From Rickettsiales bacterium (lineage in GTDB: Bacteria > Pseudomonadota > Alphaproteobacteria > Rickettsiales > UBA1997), in assembly GCA_028040005.1 (NCBI GenBank), contig JAOFKK010000001.1, forward strand, positions 1 through 40,456: DNA of 40,456 bases, written 5' to 3'. A model generated the notes under the pieces. The model searched no databases. It was not told the origin of the DNA and saw nothing but the letters and a program-made list of their open reading frames with translations. Position 1 is the stretch's first letter, and each line of letters starts with the position of its first letter. The translations under genes and the position numbers were made by a program. Of the stretch, positions 17,148 to 26,303 are shown piece by piece.

Positions 17148-19460
17148 ATGGTAAAATCAGCAAATTTAGGTTTTTCAAGAGTTGGCTTGAATAGGGAATT
17201 AAAAAGAGCAGTTGAAAAATACTGGAAAAAAGCAATCACAGCGGATGAATTGCAAAATACTGCAAAAAATTTAAGAAAAACCCATTGGGAGTTACAAAAA
17301 GATGCGAATATTGATTATATTCCTTCTAATGATTTTTCTTTTTATGATCATATTCTTGATATGATTGCAACAGTTGGTGCTGTACCAAAAAGATATGAGC
17401 ATGAGGCTGGCAAAGATATTGATCTTGATTTATATTTTTCTATGGCTCGTGGTCGTCAAGATGGCACGAAGGATGTTGTAGCAATGGAAATGACCAAATG
17501 GTTTGACACAAATTATCATTATATTGTTCCTGAATTTACTAAAGATACCAAATTTCAATTTTCTTTTTCTAAAATTATTGATCAATATTTGGAAGCTAAA
17601 AATTTAGGTATTAATACTCGTCCTGTTATTATTGGCCCTGTTTCATTCCTTTTACTTGGTAAATCATATGATGGGGTGAATAAATTTGATCTTTTAGATG
17701 ATTTATTGGCTACTTATAAGCAAATTATTGATAAATTAGTTACTAATGGCGCTAATTGGATTCAAATTGATGAGCCATTTTTAGCTACAGCCAATTTAAC
17801 TGATGAGTTAAAAACAGCTTATAATAAAGCTTATGAATTTTTAGGTAACATTACTGATGCAAAATTATTAACTACAACTTATTTTTCTGACTTGAGAGAT
17901 AATCTTAAATTTGCCTTAGAATTGCCAGTTGCGGGATTACATTTTGATTTAACAAAATCAGAATTAGCGCTTGATAATATTTTACAATCTCTTCCTAAGG
18001 ATAAGGTTATTTCTTTGGGCTTGGTTAATGGTTGCAATATTTGGAAAGCTGACATTAAAAAACTAACAGCACAAATTAATAAAGCTAAAAAAGTAATAGA
18101 TTCCGATAGAATCATCATTGCTCCTTCTTGCTCATTACTTCATGTACCAGTTGATTTAGATGTTGAAGATAATTTACGCCCTGAGTTAAAATCTTGGTTA
18201 GCTTTTGGTAAACAAAAATTACATGAGGTTAGCTTATTAACCAAAATTGCTAATGAAGGTGAGGATAAATATTCTGCACAAATTGAAGAAAATTACAACG
18301 CTATTTCTTCAAGAGATGAATCAAAATTAATTCATAATATCGAAGTTAAGGAAAGACATAATAATTTTGACCTTAAAAATGCCGATAGAGATTCCGACTT
18401 TAATACAAGAAATAAAATTCAAAAAGAATATTATAATTTCCCACTTTTACCAACTACTACTATTGGTTCCTTCCCTCAAACTACTGAAGTTAGACAATAT
18501 CGTTCTAAATTCAAAAAAGGTGAAATTTCTGCCACTGAATATGAAAAATTCTTAGAAGATGCAACTAAACAAGCAATTAAATGGCAGGAAGATGTTGATA
18601 TTGATGTTTTAGTTCATGGTGAATATGAAAGAAATGACATGGTAGAATATTTTGGCGAACAATTAAATGGCTATGCTTTTACCAAAAATGGTTGGGTACA
18701 AAGCTATGGTTCGAGATGTGTTAAACCACCTGTTATTTTTGGTGATGTTTCAAGACCAGAACCAATGACTGTAAGATGGTCTGCCTTTGCTCAAAACTTA
18801 ACTAAAAAGAAGGTTAAAGCAATGTTAACTGGCCCTGTTACTATGTTAAAATGGTCTTTTGTTAGGGATGATCAGCCTGTTTCTGCCACTTGTAAACAAA
18901 TTTCTCTTGCTATTCGTGATGAGGTTCGTGATCTTGAAAAGGCTGGTATTGATATTATTCAAATTGATGAGCCTGCTTTTAGAGAAGCCATGCCACTTCG
19001 TGATGAAGATCATGCTTCTTACTTAAAATGGGCGGTTGATTGCTTTAAAATATCTTCTTCTGGCATTAAGGATAGTACGCAAATTCACACTCATATGTGT
19101 TATTCTGAATTTAATGATATTATTAACGCTATTGCCGATATGGATGCCGATGTTATATCGATTGAGACTTCAAGATCGGCAATGGAATTATTAGATGCTT
19201 TTGTTGAATTTAAATATCCTAATGAGGTTGGTCCAGGTGTTTATGATATTCATAGTCCTAGAATTCCAAAAACCCAAGAAATGGAGCATTTATTAGAAAA
19301 AGCTCTTGATGTTCTTGATAAAAATCAAATTTGGAGTAACCCAGATTGTGGTCTAAAAACTAGAAATTGGGAAGAGGTTAAACCAGCATTAGAAAATATG
19401 GTTAAAGCCACCAAAAATATCAGAAAAAAACTTAAAGATAAAGAAGCTGCCACTGCTTAA
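17148..19460 (+). CDS. metE: Cobalamin-independent methionine synthase MetE
   Basis: Full-length two-domain MetE pattern: LGFSRVG..RELK, TTTIGSFPQT, NDMVEYFGE, HMCYSEF, NPDCGLKTR. I prefer the ATG at 17148 to the TTG at 17130 used by the track. Confidence 0.96.
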   Translation: MVKSANLGFSRVGLNRELKRAVEKYWKKAITADELQNTAKNLRKTHWELQKDANIDYIPSNDFSFYDHILDMIATVGAVPKRYEHEAGKDIDLDLYFSMARGRQDGTKDVVAMEMTKWFDTNYHYIVPEFTKDTKFQFSFSKIIDQYLEAKNLGINTRPVIIGPVSFLLLGKSYDGVNKFDLLDDLLATYKQIIDKLVTNGANWIQIDEPFLATANLTDELKTAYNKAYEFLGNITDAKLLTTTYFSDLRDNLKFALELPVAGLHFDLTKSELALDNILQSLPKDKVISLGLVNGCNIWKADIKKLTAQINKAKKVIDSDRIIIAPSCSLLHVPVDLDVEDNLRPELKSWLAFGKQKLHEVSLLTKIANEGEDKYSAQIEENYNAISSRDESKLIHNIEVKERHNNFDLKNADRDSDFNTRNKIQKEYYNFPLLPTTTIGSFPQTTEVRQYRSKFKKGEISATEYEKFLEDATKQAIKWQEDVDIDVLVHGEYERNDMVEYFGEQLNGYAFTKNGWVQSYGSRCVKPPVIFGDVSRPEPMTVRWSAFAQNLTKKKVKAMLTGPVTMLKWSFVRDDQPVSATCKQISLAIRDEVRDLEKAGIDIIQIDEPAFREAMPLRDEDHASYLKWAVDCFKISSSGIKDSTQIHTHMCYSEFNDIINAIADMDADVISIETSRSAMELLDAFVEFKYPNEVGPGVYDIHSPRIPKTQEMEHLLEKALDVLDKNQIWSNPDCGLKTRNWEEVKPALENMVKATKNIRKKLKDKEAATA

Positions 19461-19579
19461 TAAATGCCATAACTTCTAGATAAATATTTTTCTAGGAGTT
19501 ATACTAAAATTCATCTATAATGCAGCATTTAAGCAAAATATTTTAATTTTGGTATTAATAATAGCTAAAGGAATCTAGA

Positions 19580-20188
19580 ATGTTTGCAAAATTATCTGGT
19601 AACATTGATCATATTTTTGAAGATGCAATAATACTCAATGTCAATTCAGTGGGATATAAAATATTCCTATCTAAAAAAAATCTGGAACAAATAAGAAGTT
19701 CCGACGTTAAATCCTATAATTTTTATATTGAAACCATTGTTCGTGAAGATTATATCCATCTTTATGGCTTTAATAATATTGAAGAGCAGAGTTTTTTTAA
19801 TATTTTATGCAAAATTAATGGTATAAGTAGTAAAATTGCTATCAAAATATTAGGATCAATATCAATTGATCAAATTATCAACTCTATCAATAGTGATGAT
19901 AAAACTGTGTTTACCAATATATCGGGCATTGGACCAAAATTAGCTTCTAAAATTTTAATTGATCTTAAGGATTCTATTAAAAAATTGGATTATAATAATG
20001 AAATTTCCAATAATAATTCAATACCAGATATTAAGAATAATAATCAAATTATTTCTGATGCAATTTCAGCTCTTGAAAATCTTGGATATAAACGAAATGC
20101 CATCTATAAAATAGCCATAGATCAAATTAAAAAAAATCCCGAAATTACCTTAGAAACATTAATTACAAATTGTCTTAGAGAATTATGA
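19580..20188 (+). CDS. ruvA: Holliday junction DNA helicase subunit RuvA
   Basis: VGYKIF...YGF...E...F..L..INGISSKIAIKIL..., an HhH segment ISGIGPKLASKI, and a C-terminal domain ALENLGYKR. Confidence 0.9.
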   Translation: MFAKLSGNIDHIFEDAIILNVNSVGYKIFLSKKNLEQIRSSDVKSYNFYIETIVREDYIHLYGFNNIEEQSFFNILCKINGISSKIAIKILGSISIDQIINSINSDDKTVFTNISGIGPKLASKILIDLKDSIKKLDYNNEISNNNSIPDIKNNNQIISDAISALENLGYKRNAIYKIAIDQIKKNPEITLETLITNCLREL

Positions 20189-20967
20189 TCAATCAAAATT
20201 TAATTAATTTTGCTCATGAATTAGCCGATATTTCAGGCGATATTGCCAAAAAATATTTTCGTACTAATTTTGACGAAGTTCAAAAAAGCGATAAATCACC
20301 AGTAACACAGGCTGACAAGCAAATTGAAATGCGACTTAGGGCTAAAATTCACAAAAAATTTCCAGATCATGGTATAATTGGTGAAGAATTTGCAAATGAA
20401 AATATTGACGCTGAATATAAATGGATAATTGACCCAATTGATGGCACTATATCTTTTGCCATTGGTAAACCAATTTTTGGAACATTAATTGCCCTTACCT
20501 TTCAAGATAAGCCAATTTTAGGAATTATCAATCAACCCGTTAATAATGAAAGATGGTGGGGTATTGAAAATGATAAAGCTTATTTTAATGACATAACTAT
20601 AAAAACAAAAAATTGCCAACAAATATCAGATGCAGTTTTTTGTACGCAATCACCTTTCTTTTTTGAAGGTCGAATTAAAGAAAGAATTGAAATGATCACC
20701 TGCCAAACTAAATATCAACATCAAGGTGGGGCAATATATTCTGGCGATTGTTATCATTTTGCTCTTTTGGCACATGGTTTTGTCGATATTATTATTGAAC
20801 ATGGTCTTAATAATTATGATTTTTTGGCATTAGTGCCAATCATTGAATCTGCTGGAGGCGTAATTACTAACTGGCAAGGTGAAAAACTCAATGTCAATTC
20901 TGACGGTAGAGTAATTGCCACTTCTAGCCAATATTTACATGAATTAACGATAAACTATTTACAATAA
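20185..20967 (+). CDS. Inositol monophosphatase family protein (IMPase / HisN-like)
   Basis: GEE...WIIDPIDGT and the overall family pattern. Confidence 0.85.
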   Translation: MINQNLINFAHELADISGDIAKKYFRTNFDEVQKSDKSPVTQADKQIEMRLRAKIHKKFPDHGIIGEEFANENIDAEYKWIIDPIDGTISFAIGKPIFGTLIALTFQDKPILGIINQPVNNERWWGIENDKAYFNDITIKTKNCQQISDAVFCTQSPFFFEGRIKERIEMITCQTKYQHQGGAIYSGDCYHFALLAHGFVDIIIEHGLNNYDFLALVPIIESAGGVITNWQGEKLNVNSDGRVIATSSQYLHELTINYLQ

Positions 20968-20969
20968 TT

Positions 20970-21605
20970 ATGGATATTTTATTTAAAAAGATATTAGCTA
21001 ACACAATCGACTTATTCGCATCATTAATAGTAAGATTATTAGTTATATCAATAATTATAAGCCTATTTAGAGAATCTATATTAATATCGATAGAGGATTT
21101 TATGGCAAGCAATGAAGGTATTAAGGATCAAAAAGAAATTGCAATATTATTCTTAAAACATGATGTTTTTAAGATATTATTATCCTTAATAAGTATTTTT
21201 ATAGTTTCTGGATCAATATATAATATTTATTTTTACTCATCAACTTGGTGCGCCACTATTGGACAAAGATTAATGAGTATAGTTACAGTTAGGGAGGATG
21301 GGCAATATATTAACTTATCTCGATCTATTATATATTATATTACATCTGTCATACCATTTATTATAACATTATATTTTTTATTATTTCTTGTGGCTAATGG
21401 TGGTTTATATTTAAATAATGGTCTTTCTGGCATTTTAAATATATTTGGGGCTAATATTGTGAATATTATCATGTCTATAATGATGCTATTATGGGTTAAT
21501 CTACCATTTTTTATCAATAATAAAAAATCAATGGCTGATATTATCTGTAAAACTAAAGTTGAAATAGGCAAGACTGAAAGTAGATTTCCTAAAATAAGAA
21601 TTTAA
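20970..21605 (+). CDS. Multi-pass membrane protein, possibly RDD family
   Basis: Several hydrophobic segments. The RDD assignment is a weak impression only. Confidence 0.4.
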   Translation: MDILFKKILANTIDLFASLIVRLLVISIIISLFRESILISIEDFMASNEGIKDQKEIAILFLKHDVFKILLSLISIFIVSGSIYNIYFYSSTWCATIGQRLMSIVTVREDGQYINLSRSIIYYITSVIPFIITLYFLLFLVANGGLYLNNGLSGILNIFGANIVNIIMSIMMLLWVNLPFFINNKKSMADIICKTKVEIGKTESRFPKIRI

Positions 21606-21630
21606 AGAGATTTTATACCACTTCTTAACT

Positions 21631-23139
21631 TTAAAGTTGGGAAGTGGATAAACTCCTTAAGGCAAAATTACCCTCATAATATCTTTTACTATTACCGCTA
21701 CCACCCTTGCCACTACTAATTATAATGTCATCACCTATTTTGGTAAATTTGGTGGAATTACAAGAATTAATTGCCCGACAACAAGCATAGCAAGATAAAA
21801 CTCCGATTAAGTCATTATCAAAAATTATCTCTAAATGTTTTAAAATGTTAAAAAAATAGCTATTTTTATATTTATCAGACCCAATATTTGCTCCAGCAGC
21901 AATTTTAAGCAAAATATAATCATTATTTTGAGCAATAAAACTTACATAAATATCATTAAGCAAAATTGCAGAGCTAATATTAAAAATATTATGAGATTTT
22001 ACGCTATTTCTAATAATTACAACCATCGAAAGACCGGTGGCAATTATATGATCTGGCAATTTAACCTTTTTAATACCCTTATCAAATTGATATTTTACCT
22101 TATATCCTAGTGATAAATGCAATTTATTGGCATAAATATATTTTTTATTATTAGTTACAATTCCTGCCAAATTATTGCCATCCATTAATATTTCTTTAAT
22201 TTCAGTATTTTCTTGCCAATCTACATTATTCTTTTTAGCAATTTTAGAATTAACATCATGAATATCATATCTTAAAACATTATCTTGATTAAAAAGAAAT
22301 ATATTCTCAATTAAGTGATTATTACCAAATATTTTATTGATTTTAGATTGCGATAATCTGTTATTGGAAATATTTTTATTATTTTGATTCTTTAAAATAA
22401 TTTCTATAGCACTCTTGGAATCAATTTTTAGGTTAACTTTATTGGTTTTTTCTAATCTTTGCTGGATTTTAAGTGATTCTTGAGATTTTTCTAAATCTAA
22501 ATCATAGCTGGTTTGTAATTGGCATAATTTTCTTACTTTTTGATAAAGCCAATTAAATTCATTTAAAAAATAGATTTTTAATAGCTTAAAATTACAAGAT
22601 AATTTTACATCAATTTTGGGATAGTTAATATTACAAAAATCATATTTTTTAGGAAATATAAATCTTAAAAAAGCATTTTTAAGCAATTTATGGCCTGCAA
22701 AATAATCATTAGCATAAAGGGCGGAGCTATTGCGACTATGAATTTGTTTGGTTGAATGATGGATATTAGATTCAAGATAATTCTTAGTTAAATATATTAA
22801 ATTATCAAATTTATTTTTAATTTCAGGGCTAGTGGCAGCTATTATAATTTGCTCTTCAGCGGCAGGTCCACCAGCTGCAATCATGATATTTTGATCTTTA
22901 TTTTGACAATAATCATCAAAAAATGAACTATTTTTGACATCCTTAAAAAGAACATTTGAATCAGAATCTTTAATATTTTCTATCTCAAATTGACAATAAT
23001 CATTGCCCAAAACATCTTTTGCAATATTAATAATATCTTCATTAGAAGTAAAAAAAGATTTAAATTCTGACGATATTAAATGATAATCACTAACTTCCTT
23101 GATATTGTTAATTATTTTTTGCTCCTTTTTATCACTCAT
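21631..23139 (-). CDS. Hypothetical protein (502 aa)
   Basis: Long ORF with no confident domain. The C-terminal part is faintly reminiscent of FAD-oxidoreductase folds. Confidence 0.5.
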   Translation of the reverse strand: MSDKKEQKIINNIKEVSDYHLISSEFKSFFTSNEDIINIAKDVLGNDYCQFEIENIKDSDSNVLFKDVKNSSFFDDYCQNKDQNIMIAAGGPAAEEQIIIAATSPEIKNKFDNLIYLTKNYLESNIHHSTKQIHSRNSSALYANDYFAGHKLLKNAFLRFIFPKKYDFCNINYPKIDVKLSCNFKLLKIYFLNEFNWLYQKVRKLCQLQTSYDLDLEKSQESLKIQQRLEKTNKVNLKIDSKSAIEIILKNQNNKNISNNRLSQSKINKIFGNNHLIENIFLFNQDNVLRYDIHDVNSKIAKKNNVDWQENTEIKEILMDGNNLAGIVTNNKKYIYANKLHLSLGYKVKYQFDKGIKKVKLPDHIIATGLSMVVIIRNSVKSHNIFNISSAILLNDIYVSFIAQNNDYILLKIAAGANIGSDKYKNSYFFNILKHLEIIFDNDLIGVLSCYACCRAINSCNSTKFTKIGDDIIISSGKGGSGNSKRYYEGNFALRSLSTSQL

Positions 23140-23527
23140 TTAAATATTGAGAAGATTGCATAGAACGATAATGATAACCCCCCTTATATTGTTGTTTTGG
23201 TAATTTTTCTAACTGTCTTATCGCCTTTTCATCATCATCCATAAATTTATATCTTTTTTTCATACCATAAGGATATGGAACATTATCTGGATATTTTTTG
23301 ATTGAATTTGGCGCTAAGGGCGTCTTAAAAGGCTTTGATGTTAATGGCCTGTCCATTTGCATCATTTGCTTTGGAAAATCTGGTGGCATCTTCATATTTT
23401 GCTGCTGCATTGCTGGCTTTTTTTGGCCAGTAGTTGGGTAGCTATATAGCTTCATACAGGAAGATATAAAGCAAATTATAATAATTAAAATAAGTTTTTT
23501 CATATGATATTTAATAAAATATATCAA
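23132..23527 (-). CDS. Secreted M/Q/P-rich small protein (131 aa)
   Basis: Signal/lipobox-like LILIIIICFISSC. The 3' end overlaps the start of the downstream 502-aa gene by 8 nt. Confidence 0.45.
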   Translation of the reverse strand: MIYFIKYHMKKLILIIIICFISSCMKLYSYPTTGQKKPAMQQQNMKMPPDFPKQMMQMDRPLTSKPFKTPLAPNSIKKYPDNVPYPYGMKKRYKFMDDDEKAIRQLEKLPKQQYKGGYHYRSMQSSQYLNE

Positions 23528-23530
23528 AAA

Positions 23531-24433
23531 TTAGAATGATTGAAATACCAAAATTAAAATTCCTGATAATATTAAGAATATGCCAATTATTTCTAATATT
23601 TGTATTTTCTCTTTAAAGAATTTTTTAGATATTAACATCGAAAATATCATTTCTATCTGTCCAACCGCTTTAACATAAGCAACATTACTCAAAGCATAAG
23701 CAGTGTACCAACCAGTTGAAACAATTAAAGTTGTAAAGCCTACTATTAATCCATTTTTAAAATATTTTTTAACTTTAAATATCTCGTCCCTATTGGTAAA
23801 ATATAAATATAATCCAACTGCAATAGCCTGACTAAATAGCAAAAATACAATTGTAAATGAAGCATTAATAATGATTGGTGTTTCTGGCATGCTAAGGGTT
23901 GAATTTTTAACAAATAGACCAGATATGGCAAAAGAAGTACCAGAAGCAATTCCCATCAGAGCAGATGGGGTTGAGATGGCAAATATTATTCTTTTTAAAC
24001 CAATATGCTCCTTAGTAACTGAGATAAAAATTAAACCAATAAAAGCAATAATAATGGCAATCATGCCAATAAAGCTAATAGATTCATGAAAAAACACCAT
24101 GCCAATAATTGCACTTTGTATGGCGTCAGTTCTAATATAGGCCGTACCAACAGCAAAATTTTTACGAGAAAATAAAGCAACCAAAAAAGAAATACCGATA
24201 ATTTGTGCAATACAAGCTATAGAGACATTAATTAAAAATGTATTATTGATTTTAGGAAAATCATAACCGAAAAGCAATAATCCTAAAAAAGCCAATAAAG
24301 CAAAGGGAAAACCAAAAATAAACCTAACCCAAACAGTGGTGCTATTAGATAAAAATTGCCTTAAATGTTTTTGTGAAGCATTTCTAATGGTTTGAACAAA
24401 GGCAGTAAAAATTGATATAAAAATCCAACTCAT
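23531..24433 (-). CDS. EamA/DMT-superfamily transporter
   Basis: About 10 hydrophobic segments in 300 aa; typical two-EamA-repeat layout. Confidence 0.75.
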   Translation of the reverse strand: MSWIFISIFTAFVQTIRNASQKHLRQFLSNSTTVWVRFIFGFPFALLAFLGLLLFGYDFPKINNTFLINVSIACIAQIIGISFLVALFSRKNFAVGTAYIRTDAIQSAIIGMVFFHESISFIGMIAIIIAFIGLIFISVTKEHIGLKRIIFAISTPSALMGIASGTSFAISGLFVKNSTLSMPETPIIINASFTIVFLLFSQAIAVGLYLYFTNRDEIFKVKKYFKNGLIVGFTTLIVSTGWYTAYALSNVAYVKAVGQIEMIFSMLISKKFFKEKIQILEIIGIFLILSGILILVFQSF

Positions 24434-24444
24434 AATATTAAAAT

Positions 24445-24729
24445 TTAATCTTTTTCTTCTATTTTTGAACTTTTTTTAGTTAAGATTCTGATCTTTTCAG
24501 TTAATGCGTTTGAAATTTTAACCAAATCATCCTTATTATATTTTGTATAATCGGTATATTGGATCATATCTCTATCAAAAAGCATTTTATTATCGTCAGA
24601 TTCTATTATTTTAATTAATAAATTAATGGAATTATTGTCCTTTTTGACTTCTCGATCATTGGTAGGATAGCTACTAGCGCATGATGATAAAAATAGTGAT
24701 AAAATTATAACTCTTATTATGTTTTTCAT
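24445..24729 (-). CDS. Small lipoprotein (94 aa)
   Basis: Lipobox LFLSSC. Confidence 0.5.
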   Translation of the reverse strand: MKNIIRVIILSLFLSSCASSYPTNDREVKKDNNSINLLIKIIESDDNKMLFDRDMIQYTDYTKYNKDDLVKISNALTEKIRILTKKSSKIEEKD

Positions 24730-24744
24730 TTTAAAAGTAATTAA

Positions 24745-25035
24745 TTATTGCAAAATATGACTATCATTAACTATATTATCTATAATTTTAATATCATCCT
24801 TTTTTAATTTTTTAATTTTAGAATTAATACCACCATCGGCGCTATAGCCAGATATTTTACCATTTGCCAAAATTACCTTATAACAAGGATAAATATCAGG
24901 ATTTTTATTATATTTCATAATCATTGCCACTTTCCTTGGATGACATGAGAATTTTTCTGCTAAATATTTATAAGTAACAACTTTATTTTTAGGAATTATT
25001 GTTAAAAATTCTAATATTTGCTGCTTTATATCCAT
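24745..25035 (-). CDS. MGMT-family (methylated-DNA-protein-cysteine methyltransferase DNA-binding domain) protein
   Basis: IPKNKVVTYKYLAEKF..HPRKVAMIM..N......PCYKV......G.ISGY. The PCYKV motif replaces the canonical PCHRV. Confidence 0.7.
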   Translation of the reverse strand: MDIKQQILEFLTIIPKNKVVTYKYLAEKFSCHPRKVAMIMKYNKNPDIYPCYKVILANGKISGYSADGGINSKIKKLKKDDIKIIDNIVNDSHILQ

Positions 25036-25123
25036 ATTTGTTATTTTATGTCCATATTTATTATTTTATTATATAATATAAATTGATTTTATAAAGTTAA
25101 GATTATAAAATCTATTACTTCTT

Positions 25124-25209
25124 GGAGGGATGGCCGAGCGGTCAATGGCAGCAGACTGTAAATCTGCCCGCATATGCGTACGTAGGTTCGAATCCTACTC
25201 CCTCCACCA
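25124..25209 (+). tRNA. tRNA-Tyr (anticodon GTA)
   Basis: Acceptor GGAGGGA/TCCCTCC, anticodon stem GCAGA/TCTGC with loop CTGTAAA, long variable arm CGCATATGCG, T-arm GTAGG TTCGAAT CCTAC, and an encoded CCA. Confidence 0.95.
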
Positions 25210-25258
25210 CTGATTTTGTGGTTGAAATATTTTGAAGGTTGTAAGATAATAATGCTGT
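25192..25258 (+). repeat. 67-bp direct repeat, copy 1 (last 18 nt of tRNA-Tyr plus 49 bp downstream)
   Basis: Identical to 25355-25421 except for one C/T difference. Confidence 0.9.
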
Positions 25259-25354
25259 AAAAATTCGAACCTACGTTTAAATTAAATATGGTTCGACAGG
25301 AGCATTTGAGCGTAGCGAAAAGCGCAACTGCTAGTTAAGCGAAGCGCCAACGTC

Positions 25355-25421
25355 ATCCTACTCCCTCTACCACTGATTTTGTGGTTGAAATATTTTGAAG
25401 GTTGTAAGATAATAATGCTGT
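25355..25421 (+). repeat. 67-bp direct repeat, copy 2 (orphan tRNA-Tyr 3' fragment plus flank)
   Basis: See copy 1. It is preceded by 96 bp of G+C-richer sequence that contains an inverted tRNA-Tyr T-arm fragment, ATTCGAACCTACGT, at about 25262-25275. Confidence 0.9.
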
Positions 25422-25523
25422 TTAAAACTCCCCTTGAAATAAAATATTATTATAAATAATATTTTATGGCATGGGGGTAAAAAGCAATTAAGGCGCTTTT
25501 TTGTCTCAAAGCAATTTATTGCT

Positions 25524-25560
25524 TTGGTGGGGTATTAACACTTCCCAACACATAAATTAC
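25524..25560. repeat. Third copy of the dispersed TTGGTGGGGTA...ATAAATT repeat
   Basis: Aligns with 4771-4804 and 4857-4890. It is preceded by the 9-bp-stem hairpin CAAAGCAAT/ATTGCTTTG. Confidence 0.5.
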
Positions 25561-25616
25561 TTAATTACTACAGTAAAATATTTTTTTTGGTAAGGTATTG
25601 ATGTTACGACAGCAAT

Positions 25617-25845
25617 ATTATGACCAAATTAATAAGGACAGGTGGCTGAGTGTATGAGCGCAGCAGTTTGAAAACTGATTTTTTTTCTCGGCAGTTTTCA
25701 AGCTATTACTTAAATCGAGAAATTATGACCAAATTAATAAGGACAGGTGGCTGAGTGTATGAGCGCAGCAGTTTGAAAACTGATTTTTTTTCTCGGCAGT
25801 TTTCAAGCTATTACTTAAATCGAGAAATTATGACCAAATTAATAA
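25617..25845 (+). repeat. 105-bp tandem repeat (two full units plus the start of a third that runs into the genuine tRNA-Ser)
   Basis: Units start at 25617, 25722 and 25827. Each full unit holds the upstream flank ATTATGACCAAATTAATAA, a degenerate tRNA-Ser 5' half, a T8 run and an inverted copy of the anticodon region. Confidence 0.9.
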
Positions 25846-25935
25846 GGACAGGTGGCTGAGTGGTCGAAAGCAGCAGTCTTGAAAACTGCCGAGCGTGCAA
25901 GCGTTCCGTGGGTTCGAATCCCACCTTGTCCGCCA
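25846..25935 (+). tRNA. tRNA-Ser (anticodon TGA)
   Basis: Acceptor GGACAGG/CTTGTCC (one G-T pair), anticodon stem GCAGT/ACTGC with loop CTTGAAA, long variable arm, T-arm GTGGG TTCGAAT CCCAC, and an encoded CCA. Confidence 0.95.
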
Positions 25936-25979
25936 GTTTCTATACTGCAAACTCAATCTCCGCTCAAATTTTCTAAGAC

Positions 25980-26303
25980 TTATCTAGGTCTACAAGCCCA
26001 GTAATGGCGGTACTTGCCGAGTTTCATTTTCAAAAAGCACTCTAAAAATCTTGTAACCGATTCTCTTTTTATCCATATCTGATAGTGGTTTTTTTGCAAA
26101 TCAATTTCTTGCAGCAAATCTTCGCCACCAGTGATCTTAATTGATTCTCCGGATGGAGGATTGCATTTTTTTGCAGATAAACTAAGAAGATGCCTCTTGT
26201 CGTTTATTTTATCTTCATCTCTTACGCTAACTAAAGAAACCTTTAACTTACCAGCATCATAGATTAATGTCTCGTTTACTGTTTCAAAATATTTCTTAAT
26301 CAT
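25980..26303 (-). CDS. Hypothetical 107-aa protein, last gene of the defence-like operon
   Basis: The start overlaps the res stop (ATGA at 26300-26303). I recognise no domain. It ends 45 bp from the tRNA-Ser 3' end. Confidence 0.5.
   Translation of the reverse strand: MIKKYFETVNETLIYDAGKLKVSLVSVRDEDKINDKRHLLSLSAKKCNPPSGESIKITGGEDLLQEIDLQKNHYQIWIKRESVTRFLECFLKMKLGKYRHYWACRPR

Noticed and set aside
25617-25845. Tandem repeats considered as a possible CRISPR array
   Set aside because: The units are 105 bp and directly abutting, with no unique spacers. They are derived from tRNA-Ser and its flank, and no cas genes are in the window.
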